23,523 nt of DNA from an uncultured delta proteobacterium (GTDB taxonomy: Bacteria; Myxococcota_A; Polyangia; Haliangiales; Haliangiaceae). The stretch is taken from the NCBI GenBank assembly GCA_963772655.1, contig CAVYYE010000003.1, forward strand, positions 2,865,341 to 2,888,863, in the 5' to 3' direction. Position numbers and translations under genes: made by a program. Each line of letters opens with the position of its first letter. The first letter of the stretch is position 1. The notes under the pieces were generated by a model. The model saw only the letters and a list, made by a program, of their open reading frames with translations, did not search any database and was not told the origin of the DNA. Shown here in pieces: positions 1 through 8,760 of the stretch.

Positions 1-2
1 AG

Positions 3-227
3 GTCCGCGGCGAGGTCGTGTGGCTCAAGGACCTCGCGGCGACGTTCGGGCTTCTCGATGCGTACGAGGGCGAAGACTTCGCCCGCGTCATCACGCAGGT
101 CACCCTCGCGACCGGCGAGGACGTATGGTGCTGGATCTACGTGCTCGCAGATCCTGCGGCGACCAAGGTCGGAACGCTGATCGAGGACGGGGACTGGGTC
201 CGATACTGGACCGAAGAGCAGTCCTAG
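3..227 (+). CDS. 5'-truncated CDS (C-terminal 74 aa): gamma-glutamylcyclotransferase-like (AIG2/GGCT family)
   Basis: Frame 3 is open from the window edge and has high GC3. The C-terminal pattern LLDAYEGEDFARVITQVTL..GEDVWCWIYV matches the GGCT/AIG2 consensus (LDxxEGxxYxRxxVxV...AWVYV). Stop at 225-227. Confidence 0.55.
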   Translation, partial: VRGEVVWLKDLAATFGLLDAYEGEDFARVITQVTLATGEDVWCWIYVLADPAATKVGTLIEDGDWVRYWTEEQS

Positions 228-249
228 CCGCTCGCGAGAACGACGACTT

Positions 250-360
250 CTAGAAGAACACGTACCCGAGCACGACCAACGACAGAGCGGCGATCGCGGC
301 GGTCATCGTGCCGAACCCGACCTTGTAGTCGGGGCTCGATAGGGACAGACGGTGCTGCAC
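250..360 (-). other. possible small hydrophobic ORF in the AT-richer convergent intergenic region (18 aa from ATG 306; up to 37 aa from GTG 360)
   Basis: The ATG-initiated product is MTAAIAALSLVVLGYVFF*. The minus-strand frame is open up to 429. There is no SD, so support is weak. Confidence 0.15.
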
Positions 361-534
361 GGGGCGAGAGATTGCCCCTTTCCTGGAAAGAATCAAGTTA
401 CGGCAGCACCTCTCGCGGGAGTGCGATTTTTACTGCAATTTCATCGAGTTATGTCGCAAAATCGGTGCCAGTGGGGTGATCTACCCCGTTGACTCCCGGG
501 TCGAGACGCACTCGCCCCTACCTCGTGACCCGAC

Positions 535-1701
535 TCACGAACCGCGGGCCTGGCGGATCAAACGCAGGTACGAGGTCTCGCATCGCTTCGCCAGATCGCC
601 GAGCTCGTCGATCACGTTGCGCGCCACCGGACCGTCCGTCCGGTGCGTGTAGATCAGGTTCACCGCCCGCTGCTTGAGCATGATCGGCACCACCACGACG
701 TCGCTCGGCTCGCGCGCGATCCCGAGCGCCGTCCACAGCTGGGTCTCGACCGGCTTGGCGGCCGAGGGCGGCGGCCCCACGAACAGCATGCCCGCGTCGT
801 GGGCCGACTGCAGGGCGGACGCGCCTCCGAGCGGCAGCGACAGCTCGTCGATCGGTGTGTGGGACGCGTCGGCCTCGAGCACCGCGGACTCGACAACACC
901 GCGCCACCCGAGCGCGTTGCCGTCGCGGATCAAGAACAGCACGAGCAGGTCGACCCGTCCCTTGGCGTACTCGCACAGGGCGTCGGCGATCTGTTCGCGG
1001 CTCTCGGCGGTGTCGATCCGCTCGCAGGCCGCGCCATAGGTGATCTGGGGGGCGGGCTCGGTCGCGGGCTCCGCGGCGATCGATGCCTGCGATGCCCGCC
1101 GGCGGCGCGGCTCGAGCGTCAGGGTCGGTGGCAGCACCATGCCGCGCGCGGGCTGCGACTTGCGCCGCTCGATGACCTCGCCCGCGGGCGTCGTCACCTC
1201 CGACTCGCTTCCGATCCGTCCGCTGCGGATGAACCGTGCCCGGCGCGGGAGCCCGAAGTGCTTCTCGAGGTAGTAGAGCGCGCGGAGCTCGGGCACGACG
1301 TACGCCGTGATCGGGGCCTCCAGCCGCGAACGCAACTCCTCGAGGGTCTCGGCGTTGGTGGGTTCGACGAGCGCCACCGCGATCGCACCGTCGGCGCCCT
1401 TCGATCCACCGAGGTGCCCGAGCGGGATCGCGCGCAGCCGGTGGGCGTGATCGGAGCCGAGCTTCTCGATCAGATGCGCGTCGACGTTCTCGAGCAGGGT
1501 CGGGGTGGCGATCGGAAACCCGGACAGCTCGGCGAGGTATGCCCCGAGCAGCTCGAGATCGATGAAGCCGAGCTCGACCAGGTTGGTGCCGAGCCGGCCG
1601 CCGTACAGCACCTGGTTGCGGAGCGCGGCCTCGAGCTGGGACAGACCGATCGCCGCGTTGCGCAGAAGGAGGGTCCCGAGCTTCATGGCTTCGTCCAGCA
1701 T
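535..1701 (-). CDS. MshEN (T2SS-E N-terminal-like) domain protein, putative c-di-GMP receptor; C-terminal domain of unknown type
   Basis: ATG at 1701, 17 bp downstream of the queC stop (alternative ATG at 1686). The N-terminus has two tandem 24-residue MshEN motifs. KLGTLLLRNAAIGLSQLEAALRNQ aligns position-for-position with the RLGxxLVxxGxITxxQLxxALxxQ consensus, and RLGTNLVELGFIDLELLGAYLAEL is the second copy. The upstream part of ORF 535..2316 is Arg-rich garbage overlapping queC. Confidence 0.7.
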   Translation of the reverse strand: MLDEAMKLGTLLLRNAAIGLSQLEAALRNQVLYGGRLGTNLVELGFIDLELLGAYLAELSGFPIATPTLLENVDAHLIEKLGSDHAHRLRAIPLGHLGGSKGADGAIAVALVEPTNAETLEELRSRLEAPITAYVVPELRALYYLEKHFGLPRRARFIRSGRIGSESEVTTPAGEVIERRKSQPARGMVLPPTLTLEPRRRRASQASIAAEPATEPAPQITYGAACERIDTAESREQIADALCEYAKGRVDLLVLFLIRDGNALGWRGVVESAVLEADASHTPIDELSLPLGGASALQSAHDAGMLFVGPPPSAAKPVETQLWTALGIAREPSDVVVVPIMLKQRAVNLIYTHRTDGPVARNVIDELGDLAKRCETSYLRLIRQARGS

Positions 1702-1718
1702 ACGACGCCTCGCGCCGC

Positions 1719-2396
1719 TCAGCCCGCGTACCGGGTCGGATCGGGCACACCGGCCTCGGCGAACCCCTTCCGGCGCAGCGCACAGGCGTCGCACCGCCCG
1801 CACGCGCGACCGTCGATCGGGTCGTAGCAGGAGTGGGTGATCGCGTAGTCGACCCCGAGCGAGAGGCCGAGCTCGATGATCTGGGCCTTGGTGAGGTCGA
1901 TCAGCGGGGCGTGGATCCGGACGTTGCCACGTCGGGTCGCCACCCGCGCGAGCGCCTCGAACGCGGCCACGAACTCCGGGCGGCAGTCGGGGTACCCGCT
2001 GGCGTCGAGCACGTTGACGCCGAGGAAGATGTCGCCGGCATCGAGCGTCTCGGCCCACGCGAGCGCGAGCCCGAGGAGCACCGTGTTGCGCGCGGGCACG
2101 TAGGTCGCCGGCACGTCGCCGTCCGCGCCAATCTCCGCCAGCCCGCGGTCCTTGGGCACGGCGATCGACGGTGTGGTCAGCGCGGAATCGGCCAGGGCCG
2201 AGAGCTCGACCCCGACCACGCGATGCTGGTGCGCACCGAGCGCGGCCGCGACCCGGGCCGCGGCGTCGAGCTCGACCTGGTGGAGCTGGCCGTACCGCAC
2301 GGTCAGCGCGTGGCAATCGAAGCCGCGCGACCGCGCGACGGCGAGGGCCGTCGTCGAATCGAGACCACCGGAGAGAAGGACTACCGCGCTCGGCAC
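1719..2396 (-). CDS. queC: 7-cyano-7-deazaguanine synthase QueC
   Basis: 225 aa with a GTG start at 2396 (cac on the + strand). PP-loop motif [12 protein letters not shown], and a C-terminal Cys cluster [10 protein letters not shown] that fits the zinc site. Full-length similarity to QueC as recalled. Confidence 0.9.
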   Translation of the reverse strand: MPSAVVLLSGGLDSTTALAVARSRGFDCHALTVRYGQLHQVELDAAARVAAALGAHQHRVVGVELSALADSALTTPSIAVPKDRGLAEIGADGDVPATYVPARNTVLLGLALAWAETLDAGDIFLGVNVLDASGYPDCRPEFVAAFEALARVATRRGNVRIHAPLIDLTKAQIIELGLSLGVDYAITHSCYDPIDGRACGRCDACALRRKGFAEAGVPDPTRYAG

Positions 2397-2452
2397 GCCC
2401 CGAGCCTACCCGAACGCGGTGCGGGGGGCGGGCCCGCGGTACCGTAGCGATC

Positions 2453-3352
2453 GTGTCGGCGCGCGCGACATACCGGTGGTGCGCGATCTGCGTGGTGTTC
2501 GTGATCGCGTTCTCGATCGCGCAGCGCTGGGACGTGCTGTCGGCATCGCCGTTCCCGCTCGGGATCGACGGCTACTTCTATCCGGTCCAGCTGCGCTCGC
2601 TGCTCGCGCACGGCCACCTGCAGTATCCGGCCTCGCCGCTCGGGTTCTGGCTGCTGGCGCCGTTCGCGGCGGTCACCGATCCGATCGTCGGCGCCAAGCT
2701 CGGTGCCGCGGTGCTCGGTGCGGCGATCGCGATCCCGGCGTACGGGGTCGGCGCGCGCCTCGCTCGCACCGGCGATGACGCGGGTGGCGACCACGGTGCC
2801 GTCGGCGGACTGCTCGCTGCGACCCTCGCCACCACCAGCGCCGGCTCGATGTACCTGTCGATCGAGTTCGTCAAGAACGGCATCGGGCTCGGCGTCGCGC
2901 TGACCGCGGTGTGGTTGGTGCTGCGCGCCTGCGATCGCCGCGAGGGCTCGAATCGCGGGCGCATCGCGCTCGCGCTCGTCGGGCTCGTCGCCGCGGTGCT
3001 GACCCACAAGATGGCGGCCGCGCTCGCGATCGGGATCGCGGTCCCGGTGGTGATCGCCGAGGCGCGGGCGCGCGGTGCGCTGCGAGGTCGGGGCGCGCTC
3101 GTGATCGCCGGTGCGGTGATCGTCGCGATCGCCGCGCTGATCGTCGCCGGCATCGCGTGGCCGCGCCGGTTCGCGTCGATCGCGGATCTGTCGCTGGTCG
3201 AGCACCTGCTGTCCTCGCGCGCCGACGGGTCGCTCCCCGTGCTCGCCGGCCACCTGACGCTCGGCGACGAACCGCGGATCGGCGTCTGTGTCGCGATCGC
3301 CGCGCTGGTCGTGCTGATCGCCGACGGGATCTGGCGGCGCCGCGACGAGACT
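2453..3352 (+). CDS. membrane protein, N-terminal segment in frame 2 (about 300 aa with multiple TM helices)
   Basis: WCAICVVFVIAFSIAQRWDVLSASPFPLGIDGYFYPVQLRSLLAHGHLQYP... carries repeated hydrophobic helices. Codon usage is coding-like until about 3350. Confidence 0.5.
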
Positions 3353-3392
3353 GCCCGCCGATCCCCCGGGGCCCCGTGTCGTCCGGTGGACG

Positions 3393-3900
3393 ATGATCGT
3401 CCTCGGGCTCGCGATCGGCCTGCCGTGGCTCGACGTCTCGCACACCCAGGGCCTCGGCATGCGCCTGCGCGTGATCGCGTTCGTCCCGCTCGCGCTCGAC
3501 GCCGCGATCGTGCTCGGCATCGTGCTGCGGTATCTGCGACCGCTGCTCGCGCGTCCGTCGAAACCTCCCGCCGGCGAGCCGCCGCCGCGACGGTTCCCGG
3601 TGCACGCCGCGCTCGGCACCGCGCTCGCCGCGTTCGTGGTCGCGCTCCACACCGGCGGTGGACCGCGCACCGAGGGCCAGGTCGTCACGCATCCGGCACT
3701 GGTGACCAGCGCCCAGGCCCTGGTCGGCCGGCTGCCGCCCGACGCCGTGGCGATCGTCCCCGAGCGTCACATCGCGTTCATGATCGCGTGGTACGCGCGC
3801 GTGCCGGTCGCGCTGCGACCCGAGGGGATCGACGCGCACCGGCGGTGGCGCGTGATGCCGCTCGCGTTCATCGAGCGCGGCCCGACCCTCGATCGGGCCT
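3393..3900 (+). CDS. membrane protein, middle segment in frame 0
   Basis: ATG at 3393. MIVLGLAIGLPWLDVSHTQGLGMRLRVIAFVPLALDAAIVLGIVLRYL has TM helices, and GC3 is high through about 3897. Confidence 0.45.
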
Positions 3901-4062
3901 CGCCTGCTCGAGATCCGGGCACGCACCGATCTACCGCCCGTGATCGGCCTGCACCCGCACCACCCCAACGGGATGATCGCGGTGCCCGAGAAGACCTGGC
4001 GGGCCGTCCTCGCAAACCCTGCCCGCCGACGAGCGCGCGCTGTTCGAACGCTGGCCGACGAT

Positions 4063-4159
4063 CTAGGGGTCAGACACAAGTTGCACAAGTTTGTTGGGGG
4101 GGCAGACCCGCACTCGGTCTGGCACCGCACAAACTTGTGGAACTTGTGTCTGACCCTAG
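4063..4159. repeat. long imperfect inverted repeat; candidate bidirectional terminator or REP/MITE-like element
   Basis: The left arm 4063-4094 (ctaggggtcagacacaagttgcacaagtttgt) is the reverse complement of the right arm 4129-4159 (acaaacttgtggaacttgtgtctgaccctag), with one mismatch and one extra g. The loop carries a nested 6-bp hairpin (cagacc 4103-4108 / ggtctg 4116-4121). The arms are about 50% GC against about 70% background. The outer CTA(G) of each arm is the stop codon of a convergent gene, at 4064-4066 and 4156-4158. Confidence 0.7.
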
Positions 4160-5805
4160 CTGACGTCGGTCTCGGGGACGTCGTCGTCGGGTTTGAGCGC
4201 GGTCGCCTTGGGCAGCGTCGGCTTGGCCATCATCTTCTTGATGATCGGCGCGACCACGAATAGCGCGGCGGAGATCGCCAGCGACGTGATGATCAGCGTC
4301 ATGAACAGGAAGTGGTACCCGTGGCCCTCCGACAGACCGGCGGCACGTCCCGCGAGGTAGTTGCCGACGGCGGTGGCGAGGAACCACGTGCCCATCACCA
4401 TGCCGGCGAGCCGCGGCGGTGCGAGCTTCGACATCGACGATAGCCCGACCGGCGAGATGAACAGCTCCGCGCACGTCGATACGAAATACAGCGCGATCAG
4501 GTACATCGGACTGACGCGGTTGTAGTCGGTGTCGAGCGCGAGATCGTGCACGAACGGGAACTGCGCGAGCGTGTCGAGCGTGTCCTTGCGCTCGGTGATC
4601 GACGCCACCGTCGGCAGCAGCACCACGAACGACAGCGCCGTGAGGATCATGCCGATCGCGAACTTGATGGTCGGCGACGGTTCCTTGCCGGCCTTGGCGA
4701 GCTTGAGCCACATCCACGCGAACGGGCTCGCGAGCACGATGATGAAGAACGCGTTGGGGAACTGGTAGAAGCTGGCCTCGAGGTGGAGCCCGAGGAAGTC
4801 GCGGTGGACCATGTCCTGCGCGTACAGGGACAGCGTGGTGCTGGCCTGCTCGAACACGCCGAAGAACCCGATCGAGCCCAGGAACAGCGGCACGATCGCC
4901 GTGATCCGCTTGCGCTCCTCGGGCGCGACCATCTTGTAGTAGCCGACGAACAGGAGGATCGACGCGATGCCGAGGCCGATCCCGAAGATGTTGCCGATCA
5001 GCTCCTTGTCGAGCGTGATCACGCCGGCGGCGTCGAGCCCCCAGCCGAGCACGATGATGCCGATCAGGCCGCCGATCAGCCCCCACAGCACCGTGCGATC
5101 GCGCGCCGCGCGCCTGGGGTCGCTCGGGATCGTCGGGTGGAGGCCGGTCTCGCCGAGGGCCTTCCAGCCGGCGCGATACTGGATCAGGCCGAGCACCATG
5201 CCGAAGGCGGGCACCGCGAACGCGAACTGCCAGCACCAGTTGGGATCGATGCCGATGTCCGAGAGCAAGCCGCGGAACGTCTCGCTCTGCGCGATCAGCA
5301 TCCCGACGAACGGCGCGAAGAACGCGCCGATGTTGATGCCCATGTAGTAGATCGTGAACCCGGCGTCGCGGCGGATGTCCTTCTCGCCGTAGAGCTGGCC
5401 GACCAGCGTCGAGATGTTGGGCTTGAGAAAGCCGGTGCCGATCGCGATCAGGGCGAGGCCCGGATAGAACGTGGCATCGATCGGCAGCGCGAGACAGAAG
5501 TTGCCGAGCGCGATGCCGACGCCGCCGACCATCACCGCCTTGCGCTGGCCGATGAAGCGATCCGCGATCCAGCCGCCGGGCAGCGACAGCAGGTAGACCG
5601 AGGACATGTAGAGCGCCATCACCAGGCCCATCGACGCGGCCGACATGCCGCGGCCGCCACGCGCGACCGAGGTGACCATGTAGATGGCGAGGAACGTGCG
5701 CGCGCCGTAGTACGACAGGCGCTCCCACATCTCGGTGAAGAACAGCGTCTTGAGGCCGGCCGGATGCCCGAAAAACGCGCGGTCCGGATCCTTCGTGGCT
5801 GACAT
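4156..5805 (-). CDS. POT/PTR2 family proton-dependent di-/tripeptide transporter
   Basis: 549 aa. PTR2 signature 1 is present as GGWIADRFIGQRKAVMVGGVGIALGNF, and signature 2 as YYMGINIGAFFAP. The N-terminal ExxERFxYYG-like motif appears as TEMWERLSYYG. About 14 TM helices. RBS AAGGTG (5814-5819 on the + strand) lies 7 nt from the ATG. Confidence 0.9.
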   Translation of the reverse strand: MSATKDPDRAFFGHPAGLKTLFFTEMWERLSYYGARTFLAIYMVTSVARGGRGMSAASMGLVMALYMSSVYLLSLPGGWIADRFIGQRKAVMVGGVGIALGNFCLALPIDATFYPGLALIAIGTGFLKPNISTLVGQLYGEKDIRRDAGFTIYYMGINIGAFFAPFVGMLIAQSETFRGLLSDIGIDPNWCWQFAFAVPAFGMVLGLIQYRAGWKALGETGLHPTIPSDPRRAARDRTVLWGLIGGLIGIIVLGWGLDAAGVITLDKELIGNIFGIGLGIASILLFVGYYKMVAPEERKRITAIVPLFLGSIGFFGVFEQASTTLSLYAQDMVHRDFLGLHLEASFYQFPNAFFIIVLASPFAWMWLKLAKAGKEPSPTIKFAIGMILTALSFVVLLPTVASITERKDTLDTLAQFPFVHDLALDTDYNRVSPMYLIALYFVSTCAELFISPVGLSSMSKLAPPRLAGMVMGTWFLATAVGNYLAGRAAGLSEGHGYHFLFMTLIITSLAISAALFVVAPIIKKMMAKPTLPKATALKPDDDVPETDVS

Positions 5806-5813
5806 CGCCGCGC

Positions 5814-5819
5814 ACCTTA
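5814..5819 (-). promoter_or_regulatory. Shine-Dalgarno (AAGGTG) for the POT transporter
   Basis: cacctt on the + strand, 7 nt upstream of the ATG at 5805. Confidence 0.5.
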
Positions 5820-5988
5820 ACCGAAGCCCCTTCCGGCGGGAACCCCCTGAAATGACCCCATGACCGGGCGCGGATCGTGTTGCGACACCCCCCGGTCCCA
5901 GGTGCCACGCCGCCGCCTCAATTCTGCGATGAGTGGCCAGCCATCACCGAGGTTGCAAACCCGCTGGGATTGGGAAAGATCCCCGCCC

Positions 5989-8760
5989 ATGAAGTCGAGA
6001 TTCTCGCGGGTGTGGGGACCGGCGGCCATGGCCCTCGCCGTCGTCTCCATGTTGCTGTCGTGCACGCCGGCCGATCCCAAGATCGCGTTCAAGGCCGCCG
6101 AGCGACGCGGGCGACTCGAGAAGAACGGCCTCCGGTTCGTGATCATGCCGGACCCGACGACCGACATGATCGAGGTCGACGTTCGCTACATGGTCGGCTC
6201 GCGCGAAGACCCGCCGGGCAAGGCCGGCCTCGCGCACCTCGTCGAGCACTTGATGTTCCAGCAGCGTCCCGACGGGCCGAACACCAAGCCGCTGATGTCG
6301 TTCATCATGCAGAACGCCGTCAACATGAACGCGTGGACCAAGACCGACGCCACGCACTACATGATCAACGCGCGCAAGGAAGAGCTCGACGCGATGATCA
6401 AGATCGAGGCGATGCGCATGCACTACGGCTGCCAGACGATCTCGGAGGCCGAGTTCGAGCGCGAGCGCGACGTCGTCCGTAACGAGATCCGGCTGCGCGG
6501 CGCGCGCACCCCCGAGGGCCAGATCCCGCGGCTCGTGCTGCAGAACATCTATCCCGAGGGTCACCCGTACCGCGAGGACACCGGCGGCAACGACGAGCAG
6601 ATCGCGCACCTCACGCTCGCCGACGCCTGCCAGTTCATGAAGAACTACTACACGCCCGACCGCGCGGTGCTGATCGTCGCGGGTGGCGTCGAGGTCGATC
6701 CGACGGTCGCGTCGATCGAGAAGTGGTTCTCCGGCGTCGAGAAGCGCACGCCCGCACCGCGCCGGGTGGTGCCGCCGATCCACCTGCAGCGCGAGAAGAA
6801 GGTGATCGACCTCGACATCGAGCGTCCGTACCTCGCGGTCGCGTGGGCGCTGCCCGACGAGACCACCGACGAGGGCGAGCTCGCGCAGTTCGGCGTGTGG
6901 AACGCGTTCTCCGAGGCCGCGATGCTCGGCAACAAGTACAACTGCGCGGTCTCGACGCAGCCGTTTCCCGCCGGTGGCGAGCACGCACCCGCGTTCGTCA
7001 TCCTGATGGAGCTCAAGAGTTACGACAAGGCCGACGAGTGCATCGACCTGATCATGAAGGCGGCCAAGTCGGCACACCGCGGCTACGACATGGTGCCCGA
7101 GCTGCAGGTCGACGAGATCAAGAACCGGCAGAAGGCCCAGTTCATCTCCCGCCTCGAGCCGCTGTTCGGCGGGCGCGGCGAGGTGATGGGCGACCTCGTC
7201 GAGTACACGCACGACTTCGACTTCGACTCCACCGACCTCTACGTGTTCCACCAGCTCGACAAGATCGGGAAGTTCGATCCGGGCAAGATCGGCTCGATCG
7301 TCAACCGCGTGCTCGATCCCGACAAGGCGCACATCGTGCTGTTCAAGCCGTCGAAGGCCGGCTCGCACGGTGACAAGCGCGCCAAGGTCGCGTTCCACGC
7401 CAAGTCGCACGATCAGATGGAGCAGCCCGATGTCGATCCGCGCGAGGCCCACCGGCCGTTCCGGGTCGCGACCGAGCTCAAGAGCCTGCAGGGAGCCGTC
7501 CGCTACCAGCTCGACAACGGCATGAACGTCGTGCTGCTCGCGATCGATTCGTTCCCGGTGATCTCCGCGGAGCTGATCTTCGACGTCGGCGAGTCGGCGA
7601 CTCCCGACAACCCGCAGCTGGCCTCGGCCGCCGCCGACTTCCTGTCGGGTCCGATGGACTCCGAGGCCGTCGGGCGCACCGGCGTCCGCATGGGATGCCG
7701 CGCCACGCCCGATCACACGATCTGCGGTGCGCGCGGCATGAACGTGTACCTCGACGTCGTGGTGAAGGGCCTCGAGCGCCTGATCAAGGCCGGCACCTAC
7801 CACCAGGAGGGGATCGAGAACTGGCAGAAGCGCGTCAAGCTCGCGCTCAAGCTGCGCCGCTCGCAGCAGAAGCTCGAGTTCCAGCGCCAGCAGCTCGCCG
7901 CGATCTTCGGCCCGGATCACGCGTACACCAAGACCGGTGCGCCGGCGCCCGACACGGTCGGCGGCGTCGGTCGCGACAAGCTGAACGACTTCCGCAACAC
8001 GCACTACTCGGCCGCCAACGCGACCCTCGTGATCGCCGGCAGCTTCGATATCGAGAAGGCGAAGTCGCTGATCGGCGGCAGCTTCGGGCACTGGGGCAAG
8101 GGCCACAAGGACGAGCCGGTGGCGGCGACCCCGTACAAGCGCACCGGCCCGGCGTACGTGGGCGTGATCGGCGACGAGGATCCGCAGATGGATCTCGCGA
8201 TCCTCTACCCGTCGCCGGCCGGCATCGACGGCCAGCAGGCCGCGCGCCTCGTGCTCGCGGGGATGGTCAACGATGCGATGTGGGACATCCGCACCAAGCT
8301 CGGAACGACCTACGGCATCTACGCCCGCCGCGACAACCGGCTCGGACCGTCGTTCTACGACATGGGTGGCACCGTCGACGCGCTGCGCGCCGGCGAGTCA
8401 CTCAAGGCGATGCGCGACGGTATCGACGACCTCCGCAAGGGTGGCGTCGACTTCGACACCAAGTTCGTGCGCGCCCGTCGCAAGATCATCCAGCAGCTGC
8501 TCGGCGAATCGACGATGTCGGCATCGCTGGCGCAGCGGCTCGGCCTGATCGCCCAGTACCACCTCGGTCCGAACTACTACAACCAGTTGCTCCAGCAGGT
8601 CGCCGCGGTGTCGCTCGCGCAGGTCAAGGCGCTGCTCGCGACCGAGCTCGATCCCAAGAACGAGGTGGTCGTGGTGCTCGGCGACCGCAATGCGGTGAAC
8701 AAGGCGTTCGAGGTGGCCGGGATCACCGACGTCAAGCTGGTCGAGCCCGACTACAAGTAG
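5989..8760 (+). CDS. M16 (pitrilysin/insulinase) family zinc metallopeptidase, two-module, secreted (probably a lipoprotein)
   Basis: Inverted zinc motif HxxEH (HLVEHL). 923 aa from ATG 5989 with a signal peptide MKSRFSRVWGPAAMALAVVSMLLSC (lipobox-like LLSC). The ORF is open from 5860, and alternative ATGs at 5928 and earlier are less likely because they lack a signal peptide. GGGAAAG sits 11 nt upstream. Confidence 0.85.
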   Translation: MKSRFSRVWGPAAMALAVVSMLLSCTPADPKIAFKAAERRGRLEKNGLRFVIMPDPTTDMIEVDVRYMVGSREDPPGKAGLAHLVEHLMFQQRPDGPNTKPLMSFIMQNAVNMNAWTKTDATHYMINARKEELDAMIKIEAMRMHYGCQTISEAEFERERDVVRNEIRLRGARTPEGQIPRLVLQNIYPEGHPYREDTGGNDEQIAHLTLADACQFMKNYYTPDRAVLIVAGGVEVDPTVASIEKWFSGVEKRTPAPRRVVPPIHLQREKKVIDLDIERPYLAVAWALPDETTDEGELAQFGVWNAFSEAAMLGNKYNCAVSTQPFPAGGEHAPAFVILMELKSYDKADECIDLIMKAAKSAHRGYDMVPELQVDEIKNRQKAQFISRLEPLFGGRGEVMGDLVEYTHDFDFDSTDLYVFHQLDKIGKFDPGKIGSIVNRVLDPDKAHIVLFKPSKAGSHGDKRAKVAFHAKSHDQMEQPDVDPREAHRPFRVATELKSLQGAVRYQLDNGMNVVLLAIDSFPVISAELIFDVGESATPDNPQLASAAADFLSGPMDSEAVGRTGVRMGCRATPDHTICGARGMNVYLDVVVKGLERLIKAGTYHQEGIENWQKRVKLALKLRRSQQKLEFQRQQLAAIFGPDHAYTKTGAPAPDTVGGVGRDKLNDFRNTHYSAANATLVIAGSFDIEKAKSLIGGSFGHWGKGHKDEPVAATPYKRTGPAYVGVIGDEDPQMDLAILYPSPAGIDGQQAARLVLAGMVNDAMWDIRTKLGTTYGIYARRDNRLGPSFYDMGGTVDALRAGESLKAMRDGIDDLRKGGVDFDTKFVRARRKIIQQLLGESTMSASLAQRLGLIAQYHLGPNYYNQLLQQVAAVSLAQVKALLATELDPKNEVVVVLGDRNAVNKAFEVAGITDVKLVEPDYK

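Larger units (their letters stand above)
2453..4066 (+). pseudogene. polytopic integral membrane protein (GT-C-like?) disrupted by at least 3 frame changes, or carrying sequence indels
   Basis: Coding signal (high GC3, TM-rich translation) runs in frame 2 from GTG 2453 to about 3350. It switches to frame 0 at about 3393-3897 (MIVLGLAIGLPWL...AFIERGPTLD), then to frame 1 at about 3940-4008 (VIGLHPHHPNGMIAVPEKTWRAVLANP), then to frame 2 at about 4010-4066 (SQTLPADERALFERWPTI*). Between these segments each frame decays into Arg/Ala/Pro-rich garbage. Frame 2 has no stop until 3943. Confidence 0.45.

Noticed and set aside
518-1827. Long ORFs 518..1783(-) and 643..1827(+) overlapping the MshEN protein gene
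   Set aside because: Their translations are Arg/Ala/Pro-rich with low GC3. They are classic off-frame or antisense artefacts of a high-GC coding region. The MshEN frame has the real domain motifs.
2381-4130. ORFs 2381..3688(-), 2871..4130(-), 2578..3153(-) and 2911..3396(+) over the membrane-protein locus
   Set aside because: Arg-rich or low-complexity translations antisense or off-frame to a frame with clear TM-helix coding signal.
5860-5988. N-terminal extension of the M16 ORF (MTGRGSCCDTPRSQVPRRRLNSAMSGQPS...)
   Set aside because: Arg/Pro-rich with no signal peptide. The downstream ATG at 5989 gives a canonical signal peptide and lipobox-like start, so the extension is treated as 5' UTR.
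5944-8106. 720-aa ORF antisense to the M16 peptidase, plus ORFs 6723..7373(+) and 7695..8963(+)
   Set aside because: No motifs, and extreme Arg/Asp/Leu-rich composition typical of high-GC antisense ORFs. The sense frame carries HxxEH and a signal peptide.
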